In this document: one piece after another, positions 10,791-23,699 of the stretch
Numbering within the stretch: the stretch's first letter is position 1
Layout of the letters: each line of letters starts with the position of its first letter
Source of the DNA: Basidiobolus meristosporus CBS 931.73
Taxonomy: Eukaryota > Fungi > Basidiobolomycota
Direction of reading: 5' to 3'
NCBI GenBank assembly: GCA_002104905.1
Contig: MCFE01000784.1
Span: 1 to 36,487, forward strand
DNA length: 36,487 nucleotides
Notes under the pieces: generated by a model
Told to the model about the DNA's origin: nothing
The model's database searches: none
The model's input: the letters and a program-made list of their open reading frames with translations, nothing else
Program-made: the position numbers and the translations under genes

Positions 10791-11816
10791 GGATGCAGGA
10801 TCATTGATCCAAATGGTGCGCATATTGATTTGAGTATCAGTGATCTGCTATGAGAGTAAAGCATAAAGACTCTGCAGTACCAAAGCAAAGAAGTCAATCA
10901 AGTCCAGGGGTGTGCTGTTTGATGAAAATTCAAAAATTTCACCAAAAATGACATCAGATGATGACAAAAATCTGATCTCAGGTCCACTAATTGTCAGGAT
11001 TGATTTGGAGCAAAATAATGAGAACCTTTTGCCTGCAGAGAATTTAAAAATCATGGTTCAGCTGGGATTAGTGTCAAGGAATATCCCAGAAGTGATCACT
11101 CTGGTATCAAAAGCCTGGAGACCCAACTGGACAAGAAATAGCTCAAATTACTGTATCAATGAGGGTACAAACTTAGCCTATGTCTATTCAGTCCATATTA
11201 ATGAGCCCCTGACTGTAAAAGTGGCCTTAAATAGCCCTTGGACAAAGTTTTAGAGATCTGCAATGACTGAGGAATATAAGGCCCCAATGGAAAATTAGAC
11301 TTGGGACTTAGTCACTTTACTAATCAACTGAGGATCAATTGTATGCAGATGGGTCTTCATGACAAATCATAAGGCTAATAGTACAAATGAAAGACACAAA
11401 GCAAGACTTGTGGCCAAAGGATATTCTCAAACAAAAGGACTTGACTACACTGAGACCCTTGCACCAGTGGCCAAGTTTTATTCCATCAGATTGATTTTGG
11501 CTATTGCAGCCAAATTTAAGTTTTATATCATCAAATGGATGTAAAAGCTGCTTTTTTAAATGAAGAACTTGAGGAGGAAGTGCTTAAAGAGTAGCCTGAT
11601 GGGTTTGTTGTCCAAGATAACCCCCATTTGGTCTGTAAGTTTAAAATCTCACTAGGGTCTCAAACAATCATCAAGAGCCTAGAATTGCAAGATAGATTCT
11701 TATTTGGAATCTTTGAGTTTCAAAAGGAGTAATGCCAACAGTTGTATATATTATAAGCAAGATGGAGCAAGTCCAGTTCTATTAGCTCTATATGTGGATG
11801 ATCTTATTATAGCCAC
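10791..11816 (+). pseudogene. pol: Outer copia pol continuation (most of INT deleted, RT N-terminal half)
   Basis: Parallels 7736 onward; KSRGVLFDEN; [16 protein letters not shown]; LYVDDLII. Confidence 0.9.
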
Positions 11817-12882
11817 TGTAGTGGGGTGACAGTGATGCCCACTGACAGATGCACTCATTCCCTTATTTTCTACTTCCCTATACCTCCACTAAACGTATTT
11901 TGATCCCATTTGTCTTACCCAATCAGTACTATCCCATAAGCCAGTTGACTATCACACCTGCTTACCTTATTGCATAAGTTACCCTTCACTTTATGTAAGA
12001 TTACTATCTATAAGTGCTTCTATATTGAGCAAGTACCTGCACCAGTACCTGTCATACATGATCAACCCATGTCCCCATCCCTACCATTTCCATACCATAT
12101 ATGCAATCCCTATGTTACACAGGTTTCAGAATACTGATTCCTGATTGGTTGGATGTGCTGCGCCTCTTAGAACCTTCCGGCACCTACTTGGAGCATTCTT
12201 AGGTCATTCTGATGTCATTAAGATTTCTATTGATATCTAGAACCTTCTGGAATACCATGATTAGTAATCACTTAACCAGTGAGAAAAGTGTATAAGGGAG
12301 GCTATCCCTCAACAATAAATCATCATCCCTTTTATCAATATTCCAACTTGTTGATTAGTGTGATCACTGCTATCTGCTGCCACCTGAACTTCCAACCCCA
12401 GACCACAGGACACTCCCAGGAAACCGTGCTGACAGCCAACTGACCTTGGAGGCACTACTTTTGGGGAATACTCAGAGTAGGTATCTTTTATTATATTTGA
12501 TTCTTTCCCAAGTTTGTTCTTGTACAGGCAAAGATACTTTTCTGTCTTTGTAACTATTGACCACAGCTACATTCTTATCAAGTCCCTGCTGGTGGAGTTT
12601 ACAGTAGTTTTGACTTTGGAAGCTTTAGTACATTGTCATCTCAAAGGATGCTGAACCCAGCACATACTTTTGTTAAGATGCCAATCAAGTTAGGGATTGT
12701 AGCTCAATAGTTTTCCCTTGACATGCTTGTGGCTTTATTCCCCATCACATTTGATTAGAGACAGAGTCCAAGTATTCCTAGCAAGCTTTTGCCAGAGGTT
12801 ATTGCACCCAGTGCACACCCCACACACAAAACACTTGTGAAGTGTTGGACATATCTCTCCCTTGGACTTATACACCACCACA
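11817..12882 (+). repeat. Long solo LTR, family B (about 1.07 kb), inserted in copia RT
   Basis: Starts TGTAGTGGGG; homologous to 30232-30899 (+) and 29419-31148 (-); host RT resumes after it; TSD not recovered. Confidence 0.82.
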
Positions 12883-13842
12883 TTGCCAATATTCAAGCAA
12901 CATAGGAAGAGACTAAATCCAGCCTGTCTAAAGAGTTCAAGATGTCCAACCTAGGCAAACTCAGTTGCAACTTAGGGATAAAGTTCTCCTCAGACAGAAG
13001 TACCCAGACTATCACCTTAAGTCTTTAGAAGTATATTCAAGAAATATTAAAGAAGTATCAAATGGAACACTGTAAACTGGTAGCTGCCCCAATGGAGACA
13101 AACCTAACTTGGTCAAGACTCAGCCAAGTCAAGGGAGCTTAGTGCCACCTGAAAGCCCTAAAATTCCTTATCTATCTATGGTCAGCAGTCTGATATAGAT
13201 TGTGCTTAGAACACATCTAGATATCTCATATTTAATGCGAATTGTCTGTAAGCATAATCAGAACTATGGATCTCATCACATTGCAGCAGTTAAGTGAATT
13301 TTTAGATACCTAGAAAGAACTGCCAATATCTGCTTAAGATACACTTATAAGGATTCAGAACAGGATCTTGAGGGATATTCTGATGCTGATTGGGGTCAAA
13401 ATTTGGAAGACAGAAGATCCACCACAAGATACACCTTTCTTTACTGTAAAGGAGCAATTTCATGGGGTTCAAGAAAGCAACCAACTATAGTACTTTGCAC
13501 CACAGAGGCAGAGTATGTATCAGCCTGGAAAGCTACAAAAGAAGCAATGTGGTAAAGAAAGCTTTTTACAGAACTTGGCATATGTTGAAAAACACTTATA
13601 ACTCAATTTCACCATAATCAAGGATGTATAAAATTAGGTAGAAATCCAACTTTCTACGCTAGAATTGAACATGTAGATATTAGGCATCATTTAATATGTG
13701 AAGCTACAGAAAATAACTTAGTTAACTTAGTTTACTGTTCTTCAGGTAATATGATTGCAGACATATCTACTAAACCATTAGCAAGAGACAAGCTCGAATA
13801 TCTTGGGTCATAATTAGGACTAGTCAGTATGAATGTTTGGTT
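12883..13842 (+). pseudogene. pol: Outer copia RT C-terminus and RNaseH
   Basis: Parallels 9180-10447; GYSDADWG, TTEAEY, HVDIRHH, MIADI. Confidence 0.9.
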
Positions 13843-13851
13843 GAGTGGGAG

Positions 13852-14199
13852 TATTGTCAAAATTTGTAATTTCACCTAAATATTCACCTAACTTAGTTTC
13901 CTAGATCATTATCTTCAGATCCTAGGGATTACTGACCAAATTCCCTGTTGGCATTTTCTTGAATATTTTCACCAAAATACAAGGCATTCTGAACATGAAA
14001 ATTCTCAAAGTTATCCAAAAAGCCACAAACTTAGCACACATGTTCTTGGGACCCTCCTTAGTCTATTCTATATGCTTGCTATGCCAAGACCATGTAAAAA
14101 TATAAATACTACTTTTACACTCAATAAATCTTTGAGTGAAAACGGCATAATCTAATTGCTCCCCCAATCACTTCCAAAATCTCCAAGACTCTTACAACA
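13852..14199 (+). repeat. 3' LTR of outer copia, preceded by PPT 13843-13851
   Basis: Family A sequence; starts TATTG (TG mutated), ends CAACA. Confidence 0.9.
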
Positions 14200-14264
14200 C
14201 AAAAGCCATTGGAAAGAAATTGCACTTCAGATTTCACAAAAATCTGGTGAATATTCTGTCATAG

Positions 14265-14421
14265 CAATCCCCAAGTTGCTTTTGATTGGTTTTCAGCCAG
14301 TTCTCTCACTTTCTGGTAACAGACACACAATCATCTCTATGATTGTACATTAATTTGCTATTGCCTCTTTTTCACACACCTTATTGACTTAACTGGTGTT
14401 CTTACTTTTCATACATATATA
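14265..14421 (-). repeat. Fragment of repeat family X, distal end
   Basis: Direct homologue of about 15110-15230 and inverted homologue of about 28590-28745. Confidence 0.65.
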
Positions 14422-14569
14422 TGTTGTAAGAGTTTTGGAGATATCAGAAGTGGTTGGGAGAACAAGTAGATTTTGGGGTATCAACTTAAATATTTATCAA
14501 ATTCAAAAGTGTTATATATACTTTTACATGGACTTGGCAAAACAAATGTGTAGTATATGTTTAGGAAGG
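14422..14569 (-). repeat. Partial antisense LTR, family A
   Basis: Matches 9862-10010; interrupted at 14570. Confidence 0.88.
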
Positions 14570-15085
14570 TGTTGTATCCCAGAGAATGGTGAGGTAAACT
14601 CTTGAGTGGTTCAACTGAACCAAAGGGATAATTAAGTGCAGAATCTCAGAATGATGAGAGAGTGGCAGAAGTACTGGCAGTGAGATTCTGGTTTAATATT
14701 GGTCTGGTATATAGCTGCGTTTGGCTATAAAGGCAACAGAGTTGGTTTGCTATGCAGACTAGGCTTGGTACTTGTTGGAGTGCCAGAAATACTAGGCTTG
14801 TGTAGAAACTAGAACAGAATTGTTGAATTCATGACTTATGCTGAAATGCAATCTGAGACACACTAAACCAAAAGGTTCAGTGAACTCTATTTATACTTGC
14901 TGATCAAGCTGAATTAGTGAGCACTAAGCATCTAAATTAGTTGAAATCAACTTGGGTTTTGATATGTGCATAATATGTATGGAAATTGCATCATCAATCA
15001 GCAGATGTTTTAGCAAATGCCAAGTGGTTGGATAAATCTCAGATGACTGATCACTTGGAAAGACTTGGCTGATCAGTTGACAACA
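14570..15085 (-). repeat. Antisense solo LTR, gypsy family F (516 bp)
   Basis: TGTTG...CAACA termini; minus-strand TATAAATA; 14570-14830 homologous to 7430-7690; family X homology stops at 15086. Confidence 0.72.
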
Positions 15086-17900
15086 TAAAATTTTTTATCA
15101 CATCAGTACATAAGTGACTTTTGATTGGTTCTCTCCTTACTCTCTCACTTTCTGATCCTAGGCACTCAATCACCTCCTGAATTTGTGTACATTGAGTGAC
15201 TCAACCAATTCCCTTACTTTTCATGCCTGCAAGTTGATTTATTTCCATTGAAATATCAATTGTACCTCAATTGCCAACTGTATTGACCTGTTCAAGTCCC
15301 TATACCCAACACCAAAATTCAGCCAAACTTAGCACTCAACAAGTAACTCCATTCAAATACAACATTCAATAAGTATTTTTGCTATAATGCCCTGTTTCCA
15401 TGAACTTGAGAGGAACCCTGCAGCCTTATGCCACTGATCATTCAATGGTTCCCATACATCTTGGTCTGCAGCTGGCACTGTAAGGTCTAGCACCTTATCT
15501 GCCAGTCTTTGCAACAAATTCTTGCAATATTCAAGCGTGTTTTCTTGAGTATTGCTCTTGGAGAAGTGCTGCAACCTCTTGGTGTGCCTATTAATGTTCC
15601 AAATTTCACTGTAGGCATTGTGCTAGTCTGTGGAGTTCTTGACATTGTACTTTGTTTATCAGCAAGCTCTTGACTCTGATTCCAATGGAGGACATGCAGA
15701 CAGTGATAGAAAAATGCTTTTCTCTGAAAGCTCCTCTACCTCATTGGAGTGTAGCTCAGCTGGTTGCATATCTGACTCTTGAGAAAGCAGCTTTTGTCTT
15801 GTTGTTTTTCTTTTAGGCTATAATGGACTCAGCCTTCTCTGGCTGACAGCTTAATTGGTGAGAACTGCAGATTTTTTTCACGCTTCCCTGTCTCTCGCTT
15901 GGGTAGACCTTTGTCACTTTATCATTATTGCTGCCAAGTCATATACTGCTTCTTTAACTCAGTGCTTCTTTTGTTGAGCTCAGTTTTCTCCTTGACAAAT
16001 GTTTCACTGGAACAATGATTTATATCTACTTGTCCCTAGCTGGCACTCTGCCAGAAACCTGACATTTCTTTGTCACTTGTTTACAACTATCAGCTCTGCT
16101 TGTGACTGGCTCCTGCAAAAGCTGCAGGTTTTATCACTGTCAGGTTCTGTACTGCCACTGTGACCAAGTGCTTCTTGTATTCTACTTTGTTTTCTCCTAG
16201 ATAAATGCTGCTTTGGTGGATCTGTTTCTGGCTGCCTATCCATAGCTGGCACTCTCTGGCAACCTGAAGTCTCTTTGCTGCCTGTTGGAACTTCCAGCCC
16301 TGCATGTGATGGGCTCCTGAGAAAGATGTGGGTTTTTATCACCATCATATCCTTGACTGCTACTGTGACTGAGTGCTTCTTGGATTGATCTACATTTTGT
16401 CCTTAATATGTGGTGCACTGATGCAACTTTTGCCATCTGCCTGTCCCTTAATGGGATTCTTCTGGCTACCTGATGTCTCTTTGCTACTTGTTTGGAGCTT
16501 TCAGCCCTGCGCATGATATATACTTGAGGAAGCCATTGATTTTTAGCAGTGGCATCCTGATTATTCTGCCTTTGATTGTTTTTGCTGTTCTAAAGATACT
16601 CTCTTAGCATACCAACATTGACCCATATTCTGTTTGCTTGCTTGAGTCCAGGATAAGGCTCATGGAGCAGGTCAAGTGCATTCATCTTGGCCTTGAGTTG
16701 CTGATGGTTGCATGGTATGCTATACTAGACTTGTAATAGCCTCTTAAATATAAGGCCATTCCTCATTGTTGCACAAAAGACTTCACAGATCTTCAATGTC
16801 TTTTGATTTTTAGGCATGGCTATAAACAATATGGTCTCTTACTCCCATGCTGTGATGAGTTTTTCTGTGGGCTTTATCTTTGGGTGCTGTTGTTGTGCTT
16901 CAAAGGCTGTATGGTGTTCCTCTGCTGTTATATCAGGAAATGGCTCTATTCTTGGCTGTGACATTGAGCTATTTGAGCTCCTTCTTTGCTGCAAAGGTAC
17001 TGCATTCTCTATCAGATATAGTGATTGCGCAACATGTATCATCCACTCATCTTGTTTCTGGACAACTCCCTGAATTCTCTGGGCCATTGCTTCTATCCTA
17101 TCAGCCACTACACCTAGTTACCCCATTAATGGTCTGGTATGAGCTGAAAATGTACTTGCTAATACATGTGGTGGTGAGGTTAATACAGCCACTTGCTGGT
17201 CTTCACCCAAAGGTACCAAGTTTGCTACATTCTCATCTGCCTGAGCAATATGGTCAGCTTGCAATCTGGACAATGTTGCTTGCGGCCTGCATTCTTCCTC
17301 CTGAAGTTCACCTTCTGATTCCTCAAGATATTCACTTGCCCTCTGTCTGATACTTTGGAACAATTTCTTGGATGAGTTTTGTGCATTTCTCTCAGATGCT
17401 ACTTAGCTTTACTAATATGTCACATAGTACATTAGTCATTTTAGGCAAAAACTCATTCAAAATCTCTTTGTTTCCCAAAGTTGATGCACAAATGGAGGCA
17501 TCCAGCCTGTACTATGCAAATTGCACACAAAATTGTTCCCATGCAGCTTCCTCTTTAAGTCCCTTCACTCTCAGCATATTCTTGATTTCAATACTTGTCT
17601 TATTATATATCTTCTTACATACATCTGCTAGCATCTTGATGCAGAACTCATGCTACAACTTTCTATTCAGGTTCTTCCATCTCTGTTGACTCTCCCAGGT
17701 ATCTAGTTCTGTTAGATTAATGAGCAGTGCCCAAATATCTGTATGAAGGCTCATCATAGACACTTGGGCCATACTAAAATCAGTTGGCAAGAGCTTGAAC
17801 AGATCTTACATTGACTTTCCCAGTCCAGACTATGCTTGTGAGCTGGGGGATGGTTTTTTTTGGCTTGTACTAAAGATGAGCTGAGACTTGGTATTGAAAC
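15086..17900 (-). pseudogene. Orphan ORF family X, copy A (probable DNA-transposon accessory protein), disrupted
   Basis: Stop-interrupted minus-strand reading frames; conserved block IP.nHQ.L.AK.NALDL.HE.YPG.KQA.R.W...GML..YL.N shared with copies at 23.15 kb and 25.7 kb. Confidence 0.6.
15890..16509 (-). repeat. Three tandem 204-207 bp units within ORF X
   Basis: Anchor CAGC(C/T)CTG at 16091, 16295 and 16502 (spacings 204 and 207, both multiples of 3); units align along their length. Confidence 0.85.
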
Positions 17901-18249
17901 TGTGGTGACAGATTTGTATACTTATACAGCAGTGTATTGGCATCAACCTGGTCATATAGGAAATATATATGAAAACTAATGTGATTGTTGAATTTTCCAA
18001 TTATTGTGCATGATGTATCTTGGATTGCATTGACACATAATGGATCCCATCAATTGCAGATTTCCTATTTTAATATAGACTTGTGCTTAATGCATTAATA
18101 AAGATACCAAGTTGTTGTCAGAGCATGATTTTTGCAACAAAATGATGGGAAATATTTAATTATAAAGCATGGAAAATCAGATAAATAAAGTTGATTGTGC
18201 CAAATCAATTCAAGTCACCTCAGCCCAATCAGCTACCAATTTTTTATGA

Positions 18250-19100
18250 CTTACTCATCTGAATGGTCTTTTCTCATCAATTCCATCACTACCACTGGAT
18301 TTCCCTCTGACATACTAGAAGAGATCTATACCAAGTACTGTGGACCCTCTACCCCAACCTACTCAAGGAGATCCCTTGTTAAGCTTCTCTGATATTACAA
18401 GAACTATTGCCCCACAAGGTTTCATCAACCATTCATGGCAAAAAAGTCCTAAAAGCTTTCATTCCCAGCTGACAGCAATGGAGAACCACTTTGCAGAGCG
18501 TATGAATGACTTAGAGCAAGCTTAAAACACTAGGTTCAGAAGCTCCAATAGACTTCCATATTCCAGAGTGTTCAGCAACAAGTTTGATATGAGGAGTATT
18601 TTGGATACCTTCCCAGTTGGAATTAACAGACCTTCTAGAGGGCAGAGGCACTTTTATTCCAGCCAGTACAAGGCACACTGTGTGAAGTCTCAAGCATTGT
18701 CTGACATTGAGGGTGACATCATCTGGTTTAGTTGGCCATATGCTGGAAGTAGGTATGACAAAGCACTCTAGGTAAAGAATTATCCAGAATTCAGAAGAGG
18801 GGAGAAATGTATGGAAGACTTATTTTACATAGGAGAGGATTGTCAGAGATTAGGATATATTGCAGTATATAGGAAGCCAAGGAAAGGTGTGCTTAGCAGG
18901 AAGCAGAAGCTCTACAATGAGATATTTAATCATTTTAGAGTGAGAGTAGAGCATACAATTGGATATCTGAAGAGATTCAGCAAATTGGCTAGTATATACA
19001 GAGGATAGTAATATTTATGAGAAAACAGTGGAATAGGTGAGGTAGTTAAGATACATATCAATGCACAGTATGTTTATACAAGAAGGCATCCACTGAGATA
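18250..19100 (+). pseudogene. DDE_Tnp_4 (PIF/Harbinger/ISL2EU-like) transposase pseudogene
   Basis: ILDTFPVGINRP...QRHFYS.QYKAHCVKSQ..SDIEG.I...PYAGSRYD...EDLFYIG...YRKPR...YN...RVRVEHTIGYLKRF; in-frame stops and one frameshift. Confidence 0.88.
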
Positions 19101-19179
19101 AATGTGTCTGGGGCATTATGAAGAGTAAATACAGCAAGGAAAGCACTATTCTGAGTAACATAAGTAAGATTGGTTAAAA

Positions 19180-19312
19180 CTACCAGTAGCTATATCCCTC
19201 CACTGGCAATTTGGTAGAGATTATGGTGCCAGATAGTGCCTTAGAGTGCTGGATTGATCCACCACTCTATGCAGGTTGGCACTATCTAATACTATCCAAT
19301 GGAAATAGTCTA
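19180..19312 (+). repeat. Probable right terminal inverted repeat of the DDE_Tnp_4 element
   Basis: Ends GTC|TA; 18/22 match to the foldback terminus at 26950-26971; contains GATAGTGCC and GGCACTATC. Confidence 0.6.
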
Positions 19313-20010
19313 CTTTTTTATATACTAAAGCTTTAGCACTTTCCTTGTGGAGTCTTTTGCTGTTAAGGAACATGCTGTGGCAGTTTAAGAGTTGATGTGG
19401 AGTGCCTAGTAAAGTGGCAATATGATGTTGGCAATAAGGGATTACCTGTCCCTATAAAGAATAATTCGGTTGCATGGGTGGATCCAATCCAGATCAGCTG
19501 TCAGGATCCTGATTAAACATTGTCATAACACCAGCAGCTTAGAACTGGTGACCCTCCTAACAATCTCATGATGGGATCACAACGGTGTTTTGCTAATTTC
19601 ACAACCAAATAAAGGGATAAAACTTGACAAGAGTTAATTGGCACTGTGAAAATGTTTACATGGTATTGTTGTGGCCTTTGAGTGCTCTAATACTATTCTA
19701 AGTGGTTCCAAATGGCTAGGACTTTCAGTTACCTTATATGGTAGGAAACCTGATGGTATTTTGACGGCCTCTCAGCAAGACTCTGGTGGCATTTTATTGG
19801 CAGTATAACTGCCTATAGATGGTTCTGTATAATGCTACTGCATCAATTTACCAAATAGTGTTCCCTTTTTCTACCTTCCCTTGTGCAATTCATATACTCC
19901 ACTGTATAATCACACCTCTTTATTTGCTTACCTGTCAAGACCTTGGGTACTCAGCAAATAGTTTGAATTAAAAAAAATATGGCCTCCGGCTTACAAACCT
20001 CTACAAACAT

Positions 20011-22600
20011 TTACACCTGCCATAATTGACATACTTCTATTGCCGCAACTCTATGGCTTTTTAGTGTGAGGCTTATAAAGATGTCAAATACCTTGTACTG
20101 CTGGTAACATATACATCTTGCAAACATATGCTTGGTTGCTGCCACTTCTGCCATGAATACCTCCTGAACATCCACAAAGAACTTCTTGGTATTAGCCAAT
20201 GTATTCATTCCCCCTGCTGGATTTTAGTACCCCTTATAGGTATGCACTAGCTTTTATTTTTGAGAATTCCATATTTAATAATATAGATGTTGGCTTCTGA
20301 CCATGAAAACTCTGGAATTCCTTGATAGAGTTTTCCTGATAAGAATTAGTTGCTTGTTGCACACACCCAACTTTGCATTTCTTACATATTACCCATGTAC
20401 TGGGGCTACTTAGGTTCTTAATACCATAGGAATAGGTGTCTCTATGTGCACATTTGTCCTCAGTATCTTTTCCAACTCCTCCTAGCTATCCTCCATGTGC
20501 CAACTCATCACATCCATGGCAGACTTGAAGGTAGTATTCTTGATGAGGTTGCGATAAGGTAGTACCTACAACATGACTTGTCTTGCTATCTCCCCACACA
20601 TCTGCTCCATAGGAAACTCCCAAAAGGTGAGGCAAGGCCCAATATTCTCCACACACCATGCAACATGGATTAGAGAATGGATCAGTAGCAGCAGAGATCT
20701 ATGTGTTCAGCTTTATGTTTGTAGTATAGCAACTCAAATCCCGTCACAAACTCCTTGCACAACAGCTGTAGATGCATCAAGTTGGCATTGGTGATCCACT
20801 TCTGGATCAATATTCCTACAATTTCCACATATCACTCCCAATGCTTCCAATGTACTCTTAGTAGGAATGGCTTCAGAATGCTACTTGAGTAAATACGTAT
20901 CCAGCTCATCCAGTCTTTGCATTTACATTGTTGCATATGTGTATCAGTATTAATTGGAGCCTGTGAGAAGTACTTAGGGCAGCAGATATTCTGTAATATT
21001 TTGCCAATTCTTTTCAATTTCCCCAGTATCTCCAAGGACTCATTTAGCTTGAAATGTCCCATGTACAACTTGGCCATCAGTATAGGGATATTGTTGAAAA
21101 GCAAATGCATTGCTCCCAGTGGAAAGCTTTTGCTTCAACAGATACCTTCTATCTTAAGTATCTCTGGTTTGCAATTGATTTCATATTCTGGCCAATGGCT
21201 TATAAATTGCCAACTTTGCTGTAATTGCATGCTAACTTCTGTATGTTCTCTCTGTGAAAAGATGATGCTCTTAGTGCTGGTGTTTGGGTAATAATAATAT
21301 GCATGAGTTATGGAGTAAATCCCCTGGATCTTACACATTTGAGAGCAATACTGTCCATTGTGCCTAGAAAAACCTGCTGTCTTGCTGATGGCTGGGGTAT
21401 CTCCAATGCAGATAGTAATATGCCCTTTTAGATGATGGCCAGTAACTGTTATTCCACTGAAAAGCATATAAAATTCATCCAGCAATGGGTACAGGTAGCT
21501 ATCCAGGTTGGACAATGATTTAGGCCCAGATATTAGTGAGACTAGCATCAGATTATTGCTCTGATACCATAAGATGGGCAGCAGATTCAGATTGATGAGA
21601 ATCAGAGGCCAGCAGGATTTGCTAGCAGAGTACATGTTAAATGAGAATCCATCAAGTGCTAAAGCAACTGCTTGGTCAGATATACCTTCAAAGTAGCCAT
21701 TTCTTTTAGCTGTTTGTAATGCTTCCCATTGAATATATGGGATATGTTTGCACTTAATTGATACTGAGTGCAGTACTGTATACCTTTGCAACGTTTGTCA
21801 GACTGCATCAGCTTCCTCAGACCGGGTATGACCAGAATATATTTGGAGTGTGGACAGTGTTTTCCCTCAATGGTAGTGGATTCTTAACAATTTGGACATA
21901 TTGCAATGGTAGCATTTTGGGCTGCAAATGCCATGCAACTGTTAACACATGCTGGAATCAGGACAGCCCTTGGATCATATGTTGCCAGCTGCATGATGGT
22001 TGTCTACTTGTACCATGTACATGGTAAGTTGCATCCCAGTATGATTTTAGCAAGAAGTAGTAATAAATACTCAAAGCTCCCATTACTGATGATAGTGAAT
22101 ATGCACCACTTCTCTAGTCACAACATTACTTCATTCACCAGTGGATGGATTACCGGACTTGCCAGGCACAATAAAGTATCCTTGGCATTTGTTTCAAAGG
22201 GTGTTGTCTCTTCACATATAGGGATTTGACCAGGCTCATATGTGGTACTGTTGTTAGGGGAGATGGGCTCAAAATCTATCAGTGAACCTTCTTTGTTGGT
22301 TCTATCACTCTGTGTGCTATATTTAGAAGGCTGAGGTGAGCCTAAAGGCATCACTAACTCACCTGACTCAGTGTGCACAAGTTGACAAAGATGGCCAGGT
22401 GCCAATACAGAAGTATCAACTGGCTGGCAAGAAAATGTTGATACAGTAGTGAACAATGAATGGTCAAGTACAACTTTGGTGGCAAAACACTCTCCATGAT
22501 TCTTGTAATACTTCCTATGCTGTCTGCATGCTTCATGGCTGAGAGGCTTGCCACAATAGCAACATGGTCTTTTTTCTTTTCTCTTACTGAGATGGGGCAA
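20011..22600 (-). pseudogene. CACTA/EnSpm transposase (Transposase_21 / tnp2 family) pseudogene
   Basis: DGF...SCWPLILINLNL...MLVSLISGPK..NLDSYLYPLLDE...GDTPAISK..G.S.HNG..C..C; MHLLFNN; KDWMSW..YS; GPCLTFWEFPMEQMCG. Confidence 0.92.
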
Positions 22601-22679
22601 ACAGTTTGACCTTCAACAACATAATGCCACTATATCACTTTTTGGCCAACACTCATGTGAGCTTAAGACAGTCTTGTAT

Positions 22680-23520
22680 TTGAGACATTGCACCTACATG
22701 AATGTAAGATTCACTGCTGACCCACCATAGTAAGCAATATAAATAAAGTTATGGCACCACATACACATGTATATGTAACATTACTTCCCCTTTGGTTTGA
22801 CTCACTTCCAAATATATGCTGGCAAAAGATAAAGCAAAATTGTTTGATTCCCAACCAAACCCCACTGCTAACAGCAAAAGAAGAAATGCTGGACAACAGC
22901 TTGCGTTGACATTCAGTGCAACAAGTGGGGCTACATCCAAAAAAGGTGGAAGCACAACAACAGTGCCCATAGATGAAGCCCACAGAAAAATCTATTGCAG
23001 TGTGGGAGGGAGACAATGAGGTGTTTATACCAAAGCCTAAAAATTAAAAGACATTGAAGATCCATGATGCTGTTATGTGCAATAATGAAGAGTAGGCCAA
23101 TACACAAGAGGCTATCAGAAGTCTAGCACACCATCACCTCAAGGCCAGCATACCATGGGACCATCAAGCACTTAGTGCCAAGCAGAATGCACTTGACTTA
23201 TTCCATGAGTATTATCCTGGATTCAAACAGGCAGACAGATTTTGGGCCAGCATTGGTATGCTATGAAAGTATCTTAAGAATAGCAGTAACTATCAAAGGC
23301 AAAAGAACAAGGGTGCCATGGCTAAAAAACAGCAGCTTCCTCAAGAGCCTGTTTTAAGCAGGTCCAAAAGCTCCAGACAAGTGTGAAAGAGATGCCAGGT
23401 AGCTTGAAGAGTGCCAGTTAGGGACAAGCAGGCAGACATGGATGTACCAGCACAATATTTATCAAGGAAAAAGCATAGTACCACTCAAGAAGCAATCAAT
23501 CCTTTGAAAAGTTATGCCAG
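22680..23520 (+). pseudogene. Orphan ORF family X, copy B, divergent from the CACTA transposase
   Basis: IPWDHQALSAKQNALDLFHEYYPGFKQADRFWASIGML*KYLKNS; homologous to 16300-16900 (-) and 25670-26480 (-). Confidence 0.65.
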
Positions 23521-23699
23521 ATCCAAATGGATGACTGATTTGGTTGAAACATCTCAGAATAGATATGTTTTGAAGACAGGAGGTTCCTTAACACTATGGG
23601 AGATCTAACAAACTGTGGATGTGCTACCTGCATGGTCCATATCTAGATCAATAAGGGATATTTAGCAACCAGCATCTTCAAGACCACATGTGGCACAAA

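Noticed and set aside
16816-17689. Plus-strand ORFs 16816-17073, 16880-17350 and 17372-17689
   Set aside because: Cross-copy protein conservation is on the minus strand, so these are shadows
19312-20010. CACTA terminal inverted repeat candidates (CACTG at 19642 and 19900)
   Set aside because: No matching partner end or 3-bp TSD found; the region remains unassigned
20573-22229. Plus-strand ORFs opposite the CACTA transposase
   Set aside because: Antisense shadows with no motifs
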